Assembly (NCBI GenBank): GCA_002269645.1
Contig: NIVC01001451.1
Span: 124,001 to 188,000, forward strand
Reading direction: 5' to 3'
Origin: Macrostomum lignano
Lineage: Eukaryota
DNA: 64,000 bases
Shown: positions 49,701 through 61,122 of the stretch, one piece after another
Position numbering within the stretch: the stretch's first letter is position 1
Layout: each line of letters starts with the position of its first letter
Translations under genes and position numbers: made by a program
The notes under the pieces: model-generated
Databases searched by the model: none
What the model was told of the DNA's origin: nothing
What the model saw: the letters and a program-made list of their open reading frames with translations, nothing else

Positions 49701-51343
49701 TGGCCTAATTTTTTAGCTTTAGCTAATGGGAGACCATGGCCTCTTGGCCACTTAGCACAATGACTTCATTTTGACAAAAATGCTTTCTGGTATTTAAGGT
49801 TGTGTTTTCTTTGTTAGCCAAAATTATTGCTTTGAATTTATTTGTTATCAATTATTTAATAGTTAAGACCTTAGTTATATATTCTTAAATATTAAAATAT
49901 TATCTAATGATTCTTATCTTTATTTGTTGCATTGCTTTTTGTAAATATGATCAAACAGCTTTCAAATTAATAATTATTTTAAATAGATTTAAATACTAAT
50001 TTACTTAGCTAGGTAATTTAATTAATCAAATCAAGTAGAATTTTCATGATTTTTTTTTAATTTTAATTAAAATAATATATACATTTTATAGAAAAAATGG
50101 CTTTACCAAAGGTGAACTCTAAAAAATGTAAATTAAACCGATCGATTTATTATGGATATTATCTCAATACACACATACCGACATACTCATAGCAAGCAAA
50201 ATGAGAGGGTAAAATTTTTACAATACTGCAATTTGTAAACCTCACACCTCAACAAACTTATAACCAAAGAAGCATAAAAAAACGACAACACCATGTATGA
50301 ATGAACAAACTAAAGAAGAAACTTAAGGTCACAGTTACAGTTAAGTTATAGACAATAAAATTGTAGAATTTCACTCTCTGTAATTTAAGAAAGTCTGCTA
50401 CTAAATGCACTTACTAATTCCTTGGCTAGTAGCACTATCGTCTAGCTGTTTACCCGCATTTTCCTGACTAGCTGTAGATGCATCCATTACTGTAAATTAT
50501 AGTTAAAAATATTGCACAAATTGGAAATAAGACCGTGGTCTTATCAGTTTCTAACTATTGTAAATCTGAATGTGATAATAGCTGGCTTATACAATTTATT
50601 TTCGTGTAAATTATCAATTTTAAAATCATACTGACGCAGTCCGGAGAGAAGAGACTAATCAGTTAAACAACTAGTACTGGCAATAAGGCCAATAATCATT
50701 ACTAAAAAGTATAGAAAAGTTACTGAACTTTTGTTGTAAAGCCAGAAGTTTAGATAAATCTCTTTTCGTTAAAATCGTTGGCAATGCATTTAGAGCATGC
50801 TTAGATTAATGGGCTTTGAGTTTGTAATTTATTTAGCAAGCATGATGTCCATGAAGTTATTTGGCCGCGGAATTTACCTCATCATTTTTTAAAAGAACTA
50901 CTTTTATTATGCTTCTTTTTTTTCTTTGATTCCCCATCCTCTAGTCATCATGACGTTGCCAATGCAATAACGTATGCATGCTTATATGGTACTTGTAAAT
51001 CCATATGTACAATTTCGCAGAAATTGCAGGGTGTAAATTGATTAGCACTACATATTTGGGTTAGACTTTTTAAGGGGTCCTTAAATTTAACAGTGGTTCT
51101 ATATATGCATCGTCGTAAAATGTTGAATTCTGCAGAACACTGATATGTAAAATATGACGCATGCATAAATGCATATTAAAAAATATGCTCACCAGTTGAC
51201 AGCCCATTCACACGCAATCCACCGGGAGAGAAGACGAAAACATCGTCAGCTGGTGCATGAGAGGAAGCGCTGTTTGGCACAGCTGCTGCATCCTGTTCCA
51301 AATGATCGTATTGCGGCTGTTGCTGACGACTCAACGAGCTCAT
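31773..51343 (-). CDS. EML: Echinoderm microtubule-associated protein-like (EML1-4 type: coiled coil, basic region, HELP motif, WD40/TAPE)
   Basis: Exons (minus strand): 51193-51343, 48982-49236 (ELRDRVGDLEQRV...LRSALSDCLRRL), 46929-47241, 45291-45316 (26 nt), 44666-45027 (RMHLRGRP...LKLEWAYGYRGRDCRSNL), 35206-35538, 34430-34774, 33692-34016, 31773-32311 (RSNSGDHELLFW...GHSSHVTNVRF). All GT/AG with consistent phases. Exact paralogue not assignable. Confidence 0.92.
32325..33675. repeat. ~35 bp minisatellite GGGGTAGATAAGCGCCAATTAAATCAGCAGGAATA (EML last intron)
   Basis: Tandem copies fill almost the whole intron. Confidence 0.95.
34080..34385. repeat. 18 bp minisatellite TTCACCAACACCATCCTG (EML intron)
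   Basis: Tandem copies visible. Confidence 0.95.
34830..35110. repeat. ~38 bp degenerate repeat CTAGAACTGTTCCTATTGGCTGAGAAATCATCCCTGAG (EML intron)
   Basis: About 8 imperfect copies. Confidence 0.85.
35648..37115. repeat. 24 bp minisatellite ATGACTCAATGCATCAGCACACCA (EML intron)
   Basis: About 60 tandem copies. Confidence 0.96.
37310..37862. repeat. 23 bp minisatellite ATATCGGCGCCATCTCTAGAGCA (EML intron)
   Basis: Tandem copies visible. Confidence 0.93.
38144..38382 (+). ncRNA. Predicted HDV-like (CPEB3-type) self-cleaving ribozyme at the LINE 5' end
   Basis: P1 GCACGCG (38144-38150) / CGCGUGU (38339-38345) with a G1-U wobble; P2 CCCAG (38321-38325) / CUGGG (38378-38382); P3 GGG (38326-38328) / CCC (38336-38338); L3 UACUCGU; P1.1 AC/GU (38346-38347); P4 hairpin 38348-38373; J4/2 CAGA with catalytic C at 38374. 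Fold assembled by eye; activity untested. Confidence 0.8.
38634..40162 (+). CDS. LINE family B ORF1 (about 509 aa after correcting one 1-bp deletion)
   Basis: ORFs 38634-39098 and 39095-40162 join if one base is added. The downstream frame reads ...PSKDKAAPLKTSESYASKVKQPLQPAVMI... upstream of the track ORF start; the G5 run at 38993-38997 is the candidate site. Confidence 0.75.
40165..43868 (+). CDS. LINE family B ORF2 (APE-RT-RNase H-zinc knuckle; about 1234 aa after correcting one 1-bp deletion)
   Basis: QVNLQHS, LIQEPW, GDINAHH, PQGGVLSP, YADD, FTDGSSK, WIPGHAGFKGNELAD, CPFC..H..C. Frameshift at about 42218-42221 (GAAACCTTAGAGAT; adding C gives ETLRDLLQNF, matching STLRDLMQSF in family A). 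Confidence 0.88.
44070..44545. repeat. 21 bp minisatellite GGGCGACTCTCAGGTAGATAA (EML intron)
   Basis: Tandem copies visible. Confidence 0.93.
45468..46240. repeat. 19 bp minisatellite CATCATGAAGGTCCTGAAG (EML intron)
   Basis: Tandem copies visible. Confidence 0.93.
47310..47712. repeat. 27 bp minisatellite CAGTGCCTGCCACCAGCCCTGACCCTT (EML intron)
   Basis: Tandem copies visible. Confidence 0.95.
48285..48835. repeat. Purine-rich 21 bp minisatellite GGGAGGCGGAGAGAGGGATA(G) (EML intron)
   Basis: Tandem copies visible. Confidence 0.92.
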
Positions 51344-52325
51344 GACTGTGTGAACCAATCAATCTTATGTTTTCGGAAAGCACAGTTTCATTCGATGATT
51401 CAACCCAAAATCTACTTGCCACAAAATTAAAACAACTGGAACGAGTGGCTGTCGAAAAAAGACAAATAATAATGGCCTGCTGTTTTCACAAAGAACTCGA
51501 TCTGTGGTTTTTTGTGTCGAGGTAAAGCACTATATATACACACTTATCATGAGCAACTGCTTGCGTTTACTACAGCATATATAGGAGCGAAGCTCGACGA
51601 GGCCAGCTCAACTGTTTACCTATGCACGAAGCTCCCACCCCTCTCTCTCTCTCTAAACTCACTCGCTCATTCAGCTGCTTCAATTGAAAAGCATTCCGAA
51701 AAATAGGATGGCCGTCACGCTTCCAAGCTTGTTTTTCAAGGCAGAGAAAGAGAGAAGAAACAGCGGGAGGTTGATGACCCAGTGCGAGTTGAGCAGATAA
51801 AAACTAGCAAAAAGTTTTTTCTCCACTCAAATATTTAGTAGCAAAGAAAATTGTACTAATAGTACAATTAATAGAATAACTGCGCTTATAATCGTTTTAC
51901 TGCTTTAGGGGTAATTTAACTTCCTAATTCACTAAACAGCTATACAATACAAGAGAATTATAATTTCAGCCAGAGCTGAATCTTGAACAATTCTCATGAT
52001 AATTAAATCAGATCGTTGTAGCTATAGGTGGCATACTGAAGGTGTTCTATTTCTCCTGTCCAAATTACTAAAAGTAGTATGATTCATTGCTAAGGCGAAA
52101 TTAAACGTAAACAGTGGCTTATTTAAACATACAAATAAAAAATGAAAACGGAAAACGAAATACAAAGAGTACAATTAATTTTGATATAAATGCCTAATGG
52201 TACTGTTGTTCTCGTATTTACACTGCAATCCTGTATTTATTAACAAAGCTTACTGCAAATAGCTCAGTAAATTAAATTCAAACAAAGTGAAAATTGCTTT
52301 TTTCACGAGTTTTTACAGAGTTAAA

Positions 52326-55293
52326 CACGCCTATGCAGAAGCTGAAAAATGGGGAAAGAAAATTCCCCAAGAAACCAATGCTTCTCCCAGCCCCAAGGAC
52401 CCATGCAGATCCCAAAAACAGTGTCAGACAAATCTAATCGCCTTGTCCAAAAATAATAGAATGGAAAATTGAAATTATGTGTTCTCAGCTGCATGTTCAG
52501 TATTAGATTCGTCAGTTGCGCCATTGCAAGTACTGAAAACAATTGCGTAACAAGAGCAGGCATCAATTGCAAAGTTTAGAGCATAAATTTAAGGGCGTTA
52601 TATAATGCTGTACATTATTAGATAGAAATTTTGGCAGACAACTCAAATGTACATATTTATTGAGATCTATTGTGATTAAGGGATTGAGAAACAATGAACA
52701 GACTATGTACATTCATAAAGTAGAACATGCCTCTTATCACAAGTTTGCTAACACGCAGACTTCCTTTGAAAATAAAGTTGCAGTCAATTGAAACAATTAC
52801 CCTCAGTACTCAAATCAGTTCTCTGGCCTCGCGATGCCAAACTTTCGACGCACACATGAAGAGAATCGTATCTGGTGCTGCATCCTCTGCTTCCGCAAAG
52901 CCGATCGCGTTATTTCAGCTGCTCAGGCAAAACTCATCGAGCAATTTATCCTGTCAGAATTCTGTCATGCCTACATCCGTAATACTCTGCCAGGAGGCAT
53001 GTGCAGCTGCTGCATCAAGAAATTGCAGTCACAGACGTCACCTGTACCGCAAGAACTGCCTGCTCGACTGCCATACCTTCAAATTGTTGCAGATTTGGAG
53101 GTTTTGCCACAACTCACACGTGAGCATCCGCACTGCTCCTGCTGTATCTGCCAGGTAGTTTCCAGCCCATCAAACAAGCGGGTGGCGGTCTGGCACCCAT
53201 ACATGTCTGACAGCAGCCGGGCCAACCATAAATTGCCCCAAGGACGACCTGCAGAAACAACTCGAAGCCAGGACAGAGACTCGGAGAAGCGCTGCACTAG
53301 GTGCCACTCACTTGTGGGCAAAGGCCTAAGGCACGAGTGCAGCGTCTCCAGCAAGTTGCAGTACCTGCGCACGCTCAGCCCTACATCAAAAGAGCACATC
53401 GCTCATGACGTGATGCGTGAAAAGCTAAGAGCAGCAGCAGCATCAGGACATGGATCAACGGCTTCTATTTCCAGCGCCACCGGTGGCCCACCAATGCAGC
53501 TGAGGCATGCAAGTGATTCAAATGAGCCGAGAGCGCTGAGGACCGAGACACTAGTAACGTTAAAGACATCTCTCAATCTGAGTGACCGGCAGACAAACAT
53601 GGCAGCCACAATTATCAGGCAGGCGGAGGGCAGTCGTAAGGCCGTGCAACCCGGACTGCGGGCAGCTCTGGCAGCCGCAGGCAGCATCGCGGAGAGTTTT
53701 TTTGAGATGCGGCAGCTCAAATTCACTCAAAGTCCTCAGGTGGCAGCTTTACTGATACCACAAGATGTTCCGTCATATGCCCCGATCTGCAGGGACTGCT
53801 GAGCTTCATTTGCTCAAAGCGAGGATTTAGTGAGTTCGATGTGAGATTGAAGCTGGGGATGGACGGAGGTGGTGGCTCGCTAAAAATCTGCCTTAGTGTC
53901 GCCCCAGTACTGCCTACCGAACCACAGGCAGAGTCCACACCTAAGAAGCTGAGCAGGGAGTCGCGAATAAGCAACTTTGGCGTAAAAAAACTGTTTATCA
54001 TCGCGATTGCTGAGGATGTCCAGGAGAACTATGCAAATGTGCGAGCACTTCTAGATGAGCTAGACTTGACATCGATTAAGTTCACAGTCGCTTGCGACTT
54101 CAAGCTAGCCAACATCCTGTGTGGCCTTCAAAGTCATGCCGCAGCTCATCCTTGTCTCTACTGTGAGGGGCAGGCGCCGTGGCAAGTTGCCGGTTCCATA
54201 AGAACCCTTGGATCCATTCGTCGGATGGCCACGGCATTCGAGGCTGCTGGTAGCTGCCAGCGACTGGCAAGAAACTACGCAAGCTGTGTCAGACAGCCTC
54301 TTCTCCCTGGGGCTGATTCTACGCCAATGCTGGACCTCGTGCCACCACCAGAGCTGCACATCATGCTTGGTGTGACCAACAAACTGCTCGATCAGCTGAA
54401 CTCAGCTTGAGGCGACGACAAGGCATACAAGTGGGCGCATTCAGCTGGAATCTGTCGCGAGCAGTACCACGGCGGGTGTCTGGAAGGCCCTGCGTGTGTC
54501 AGATTGCTGCTTAAAGCTCAAGAGCTCAAGAGCAACCTGCCATCAAGGCTCCAGGGCTATGCGTCTGCTCTCATGGCATTCGATGCTGTTCGCCAAGCAT
54601 GCTTTGGGCAACAGCTGATGAGCGACTTTTGCCAGAAGATTGCCCAGCTGGAATCCTGCTGCGCTGAACTGAAGCTGGTGCCGACACCTAAGATGCACGC
54701 CCTTTTCCACCATGTTCCGGAGTTCTGCGAGCGATTCAACTCAGGCCTTGGGACCTTCAGTGAGCAGGCAGTCGAGTCTGCACACAGCGACTTTCGTTCG
54801 ACGTGGCAGCGGTTTTGCAGGCCTCTGGGGCATTTGCAGTATGCAGAATGCCTGCTGCGCGCAGTTGTTAGCTACAATTCCAGCCATATTTGATGTCAAG
54901 CATTTTCATGCCTGCCAAGATTTCTAGGATTTAGCTTGTGTACTTAATATCCATGCGCACTTTATTCCATACGGACATTAGCAATAATAAGTGCATGGTT
55001 CTCATTTTATAATATTAATACTAATACATTTGCACGTTCCTTTAATGATTAAAAATAATATTAAAACTACGAACTTATATTAACATTAATATTATCGATG
55101 GGTTTCGCCTTAAATATCTATCATCTTACATGTAATTTGCATATAATATAAAAATTCATATTACCATTTTTGACAAGGCGATTAGATTTGTCTGACACTG
55201 TTTTTGAAATCTGCATAGGTCCTTGGGGCTGGGAAAAGCATTAGTTTCTTAGGGAATTTTCTTTCCCCATTTTTCAGCTTCTGCATAGGCGTG
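52326..55293 (+). mobile_element. Chapaev-type DNA transposon (Transib/RAG1-related DDE core), near-complete copy
   Basis: 5'-CAC...GTG-3' termini; 122-bp TIRs (52326-52447 and 55172-55293; 116/122 identical); 4-bp TSD TAAA (52322-52325 and 55294-55297); transposase with a Chapa-like zinc finger. Confidence 0.88.
52834..54893 (+). pseudogene. Chapaev-type transposase (about 686 aa) with one frameshift and one nonsense codon
   Basis: H-X7-C-X2-C...CSCC...CSCCIC...GRP, then C-X2-C-X8-H-X-C; catalytic motifs KLGMDGGGG, ACDFKLANILCGLQSH...CLYC, PELH, PKMHALFHHVPEF, SEQAVESAH. 1-bp deletion at about 53770-53773 (GTTCC[C]GTCATATGC gives VPVICPDLQGLL); in-frame TGA at 54408-54410 (likely TGG). Confidence 0.85.
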
Positions 55294-55341
55294 TAAAGAA
55301 AGTCGCACATTTTTATGTAAATACTAAGGGCAACTTTAAAT

Positions 55342-56290
55342 GTCACGTGACCATTTGTAGATTAATATGATTCTTGACACACACACACACACACACCAGC
55401 TAGAAAGTCACGTGACCATTGGTAGATTAATATGATTCTTGACACACACACACACACACACACCAGCTAGAAAGTCACGTGACCATTTGTAGATTAATAT
55501 GATTCTTGACACACACACCAGCTAGAAAGTCACGTGACCATTTGTAGATTAATATGATTCTTGACACACACACCAGCTAGAAAGTCACGTGACCATTTGT
55601 AGATTAATATGATTCTTGACACACACACCAGCTAGAAAGTCACGTGACCATTTGTAGATTAATATGATTCTTGACACACACACACACACACACACCAGCT
55701 AGAAAGTCACGTGACCATTTGTAGATTAATGATTCTTGACACACAACAGCTAGAAAGTCACGTGACCATTTGCAGATTAATGATTCTTGACACACAACAG
55801 CTAGGAAGTCACGTGACCATTTTTAGATTAATATGATTCTTGACACACACACACCAGCTAGAAAGTCACGTGACCATTTGTAGATTAATGATTCTTGACA
55901 CACACACCAGCTAGAAAGTCACGTGACCATTTGTAGATTAATGATTCTTGACACACAACAGCTAGAAAGTCATGTGACCATTTGTAGACTAATGATTCTT
56001 GACACACACCAGCTAGAAAGTCACGTGACCATTTGTAGATTAATATGATTCTTGACACACACACGCCAGCTAGAAAGTCACGTGACCTTTGACACACACC
56101 AGCTAGAAAGTCACGTGACCATTTGTAGATTAATATGATTCTTGACACACACACCAGCTAGAAAGTCACGTGACCATTTGTAGATTAATATGATTCTTGA
56201 CACACACACCAGCTAGAACGTCACGTGATTATTTGTAGATTAATATGATTCTTGACACACGCCAGTTAGAAAGTCACGTGATCAGTAAAA
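55342..56290. repeat. ~50-65 bp minisatellite (CA)n-CCAGCTAGAAAGTCACGTGACCATTTGTAGATTAATATGATTCTTGA
   Basis: About 18 units, each with a variable (CA)n tract and the palindrome GTCACGTGAC (15 perfect copies counted). Confidence 0.95.
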
Positions 56291-56383
56291 ATTCACTCTG
56301 ACCACGTGACGTGGCCAGTTAGAAATGTCACATAAAGGCCAGACAGAAAGTCACGTGAGCGGGACACCAGCGGCACAAGGGAA

Positions 56384-58856
56384 CTAGAAGCCGGCCAGCT
56401 TGCACACCTGCTCATACGCCAGCCCAGACACGGTCTTGCCAGAGTACGGCCCGTCCTCCAGCCGCACAGTGCAGGCATAGTCGGCCTCCTGCAGCGACAG
56501 CAGCGTTGCTAGGCGACCCTTGAACGAACCCAGAACAACTCGAACCCGGCCGCCCAGGGCGGGCAGCACAGTTTCCAGCCGGGACTCGGCCACCTCCTCG
56601 GCTCTGCGCTTCTCCACCTGGTCGTCGTCAAGGAAACGGAGCCGGGCGCCGCGCGGCGTTGTCGATTCGACAGTCGCTTTCCGTCGATGCCAGTCCGGCC
56701 GGCCGGGGTCGACGACGCGGACCACGAGGCCGGGAGAAAGCCAGCTCCGACCCGATGCACACTTCTCCCGTTCCAGCTCTTCGCGCAGCTCCTCCACAGC
56801 GGAACGCGGTTTCTTTTGCTGTTGCAGCTGTTGCTGCTTTTGTTGTTCTTGCTTCCTGCGTTTTTTTGCTTCTTGCTCGGCTCTGTGTGGAGAGGAACAA
56901 TAAAAGTTTAACCAATTAGTAAGCAATGCTCATGATGGCTTCTGGCTTAAATATGCTTTAGATCGACTCCTCGACCAGTCCGAATGCACAAATGCGCAAG
57001 ACTAAACCCCTCAACCCCTTCCCCAATGTACACACACGCCAGACCAAACCCCTCCACCCCTTCCCCAATGTACACACACGCCAGAACAAACCCCTCCACC
57101 CCTTCCCCAATGTACACACACGCCAGAACAAACCCCTCAACCCCTTCCCCAATGTACACACACGCCAGACCAAACCCCTCCACCCCTTCCCCAATGTACA
57201 CACACGCCAGACCAAACCCCTCCACCCCTTCCCCAATGTACACACACGCCAGACTAAACCCCTCAACCCCTTCCCCAATGTATACACACGCCAGAACAAA
57301 CCCCTCAACCCCTTCCCCAATGTACACACACGCCAGACCAAACCCCTCCACCCCTTCCCCAATGTACACACACGCCAGACCAAAGCCATAAACGCCTTCA
57401 CCAATGTACACACACGCCAGACCAAACCCCTCAACCCATACCCCAATGTACACACACGCCAGACCAAACCTCTCAACCCCTTCTCCAATGTACACAGGCA
57501 AAAAAAACTTACCTGGCCAAAGCATTGCCGCCAATCTCAGCTGGCGTGGCCGCGGGTTTTATCTTCTGCTGCGGTTGTAGCGCAGGAGCCGGCGCTGGCC
57601 GCTTCAACGCAAGATTAATTTTAATTGGCTGCTGCGACTCGCCGCCGTCGCCGTCGCCCTCTGGCCGGAGCAGCTCGGTCGGGCCGTTAGATTCGCCGTC
57701 GACGTCAGAGCCTCCAGCGGCAGCCTCGGCGGCCCGCATGCGGCCCCATTCGATCTGTCTGTCAATTTGGCGCTGCTGCATCTCGGCGTCTGTCAGCTCG
57801 AGACGCTCCTTGCCGCGCTGACGGCGCTCCTGCTCGGGATCGCGCTCCAGGTACTGGACGTACCAGCCGCGTTCGGTCTCGTCCACTTTGCAGATGCCTT
57901 CACGGCCGAGCCACTGCACCAGGCCGGTCAGGGTGTGCCACCTGCGGATGGACGGGCGAAGGCGGCGGCATCAAGTGGGTGAATAAGACGGTATCAAGTG
58001 GGCGAAGACGGCGGTATCAAGTGGGTGAATGAGGCGGCATCAAGTGGGTGAATGAGGCGGCATCACGTGGGTGAATGAGGCGGCATCACGTGGGTGAATG
58101 AGGCGGCATCAAGTGGGTGAATGAGGCGGCATCAAGTGGGTGAATGAGACGGTATCAAGTGGGCGAAGGCGGCGGCATCAAGTGGGTGAATGAGGCGGCA
58201 TCACGTGGGTGAATGAGGCGGCATCAAGTGGGTGAATGAGGCGGCATCAAGTGGGTGAATGAGGCGGCATCAAGTGGGTGAATGAGGCGGCATCAAGTGG
58301 GTGAATGAGGCGGCATCAAGTGGGTGAATGAGGCGGCATCAAGTGGGTGAATGAGGCGGCATCAAGTGGGTGAATGAGGCGGCATCAAGTGGGTGAATGA
58401 GGCGGCATCAAGTGGGTGAATGAGGCGGCATCACGAGGGTGAATGAGGCGGCATCACGTGGGTGAATGAGGCGGCATCAAGTCGCCAACTAAATCAAGTG
58501 GAACTAGACATCTAAACTCACTTAGTGGCATTCATGTGAACATGATTCCTATCCTTGATGTACTCCTGGTACACCGAGTTAGCCAGCACCCGCTTACAAC
58601 CAAACTGCCGTCTGAGAAGATCCGTATAGCCTTTCAGAAACTCTTTGCTGTAGTCTTCAATGTACTTTTCGGGGGTCTCGGCGAACAGCAGCAGTTGGCG
58701 CTGGTGCGACTCGGACATTGTGTGGCACTTGAAGCCGTTCTCATCGCGGCACTGTTTCTGGCACATCTCGCAGTACCAGCGCAGCTTCTGCAGGCCCTTG
58801 GCTTTGATGCGATTGCTGATCGCTTTGGGAGTGTTGGCCTCCGCTTTCTTGCTCAT
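56384..58856 (-). CDS. KIN17: DNA/RNA-binding protein KIN17 (three exons)
   Basis: Exons 58522-58856 (KAISNRIKAKGLQKLRWYCEMCQKQCRDENGFKCH...HVHMNATK), 57513-57941 (WHTLTGLVQWLGREG), 56384-56882 (tandem SH3-like: WLSPGLVVRVVD, LETVLP...YEQVCKL). GT/AG and phases consistent. Confidence 0.96.
56993..57495. repeat. 42 bp minisatellite CCAATGTACACACACGCCAGACCAAACCCCTCCACCCCTTCC (KIN17 intron 2)
   Basis: Tandem copies visible. Confidence 0.95.
57960..58482. repeat. 23 bp minisatellite GGCGGCATCAAGTGGGTGAATGA (KIN17 intron 1)
   Basis: Fills nearly the whole intron. Confidence 0.95.
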
Positions 58857-59004
58857 AGCTGTTGCTGCTTCTGCTGTTGCCTGGACAGCAACGATTTAGT
58901 AAGTGGCTGCAATTGTGACAGAAGTTAAAGCAGAGTTAACGCATTGAAGATTCAACAGATTCTGTGAACGACCATCATTCACAAGGTGTTTCTATGAATT
59001 TGCG

Positions 59005-60255
59005 AATCGTCACTATTCACTAGGTGATTCTGTGAATGGTCACTATTCACTGGGTGATTCTGTGAATGGTCACTATTCACTGGGTGATTCTGTGAATGGT
59101 CACTATTCACTGGGTGATCCTGTGAATGGTCACTATTCACCTGGGTGATTCTGTGAATGGTCACTATTCACTGGGTGAATCTGTGAATGGTCACTATTCA
59201 CTGGGTGATTCTGTGAATGGTCACTATTCACTGGGTGATTCTGTGAATGGTCACTATTCACTGGGTGATTCTGTGAATGGTCACTATTCACTGGGTGATT
59301 CTGTGAATGGTCACTATTCACTGGGTGATCCTGTGAATGGTCACTATTCACTGGGTGATTCTGTGAATGGTCACTATTCACAGGGTGAATCTGTGAATGG
59401 TCACTATTCACTGGGTGATTCTGTGAATGGTCACTATTCACTGGGTGATTCTGTGAATGGTCACTATTCACTTGGGTGACTCTGTGAATGGTCACTATTC
59501 ACTTGGGTGACTCTGTGAATGGTCTTTATTCACTTGGGTGACTCTGTGAATGGTCACTATTCACTTGGGTGACTCTGTAAACGGTAAATATTCACTGGGT
59601 GATTCTGTGAATGGTCAGTGTTCACTTGGGTGACTCTGTGAACGATTACTATTCATTAGGTGATTCTGTGAATGCCACTATTCACTGGGTGATTCTGTAA
59701 ACGCTCACTATTCACTGAGTGATTCTGTGAATTTTCACTCACTATTCACTTGGTGATTCTGTAAACGCTCACTATTCACTGAGTGATTCTGTGAATTTTC
59801 ACTCACTATTCACTGGGTGATTCTGTGAACGGTCACTATTCACTTGGGTGATTCTGTGAACGGTCACTATTCACTTGGGTGATTCTGTGAAGGTCACTAT
59901 TCACTTGGGTGATTCTGTGAACGGTCACTATTCACTTGGGTGATTCTGTGAAGGTCACTATTCACTTGGGTGATTCTGTGAAGGTCACTATTCACTGGGT
60001 GATTCTGTGAATGTTCACTCACTGTTCACTGGGTGATTCTGTGAAGGTCACTTTCACTTCGGTGATTCTGTGAAGGTCACTTTCACTTTGGTGATTCTGT
60101 GAACGGTTTACTATTCGCTGGATGATTCTGCAAATGGTAAATTTTCACTTGGGTGATTCTGCGAAAAGTCACTATTCACTTGGGTGATTCTGTGAACGGT
60201 CACTATTCACTTAGTGATTCTGCGAAAGGTCACTATTCACTTGGGTGATTCTGGG
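59005..60255. repeat. 30-31 bp minisatellite CTGGGTGATTCTGTGAATGGTCACTATTCA (between FIS1 and KIN17)
   Basis: Tandem copies visible. Confidence 0.95.
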
Positions 60256-60834
60256 TGAAGTTAACTTAATTTTCTGAATAATCTGAATAATTCTGAATAA
60301 TAATAATGAATAAACCAATAAATAAAATAAGTCATAAAAAGATCAAACGTCAAACTTGATCACTAATATGTAAAATTTATTGTACTGAAACACATTAATC
60401 CACATATTTAAACAGAGTTCCTGTACAATCGATAAACTTCATGAAAAAATTCTTATTTTTTTAAAACGCCATCGCGTCAAAAAAAGTTGAAAGAGCTCAA
60501 CTTTAATACTTTTACATGATTATTACTGTTTTAAATGACTTGATTGCAAACCCACGCAGCTTTCTGAATATTCTGAGTACAATGAATAAAGTACAAAGGC
60601 TTTTTAAAAAGCAATAAATTACTTTAAAAAATCAGATAACATTAATTATGCAGCAATTCATACAGATTACACCCAATACCCATTGTGAGAAAAAAATTTG
60701 CTGGCAAAATCTTTAGACTCCTGAATATGAATGACATTAAGATACAGCTAAGATAGTGGACTGGATCCGACACACCAAAATTTTATGATCTAAAAATATA
60801 ACAATCTGACGAGATCTGACGAGGATCTGCGAGA

Positions 60835-61017
60835 CTTTGATTGTGGGATTTGACACCCTTTAAACTGTGGGATTTGACACCCTTTAAACTGTGGGATTTG
60901 ACACCCTTTAAACTGTGGGATTTGACACCCTTTAAACGGTGAGATTTGACACCCTTTAAACTGTGGGATTTGACACCCTTTAAACTGTGGGATTTGACAC
61001 CCTTTAAACTGTGGGAT
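60835..61017. repeat. 24 bp minisatellite CTGTGGGATTTGACACCCTTTAAA
   Basis: About 7 copies. Confidence 0.92.
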
Positions 61018-61122
61018 CTATTACAAGATTTATTTGTAATTTTTACTGAAAACTGAGAATCCTAGTCGATAGCTACATGAGATGCAATCGACAGTCCCGG
61101 ACGCTCCTGGATGCCCTGCTGT

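Noticed and set aside
49594-49760. GGGGTTGATCCAGAAATC...CCATGGCC, resembling a decayed MITE end
   Set aside because: No matching inverted terminus or TSD could be found.
52326-52425. RSS-like features in the transposon TIR (CAC start, A5 tract at positions 20-24, CAAAAAC-AGTG)
   Set aside because: The heptamer is not CACAGTG, the A-tract is offset from a 12-RSS nonamer, there is no 12/23 asymmetry, and the internal heptamer/nonamer-like bits are in the wrong order.
55342-56290. CRISPR-like appearance (conserved repeat with variable-length spacers)
   Set aside because: The variable parts are only (CA)n tracts, not unique spacers; there are no cas genes; the context is eukaryotic.
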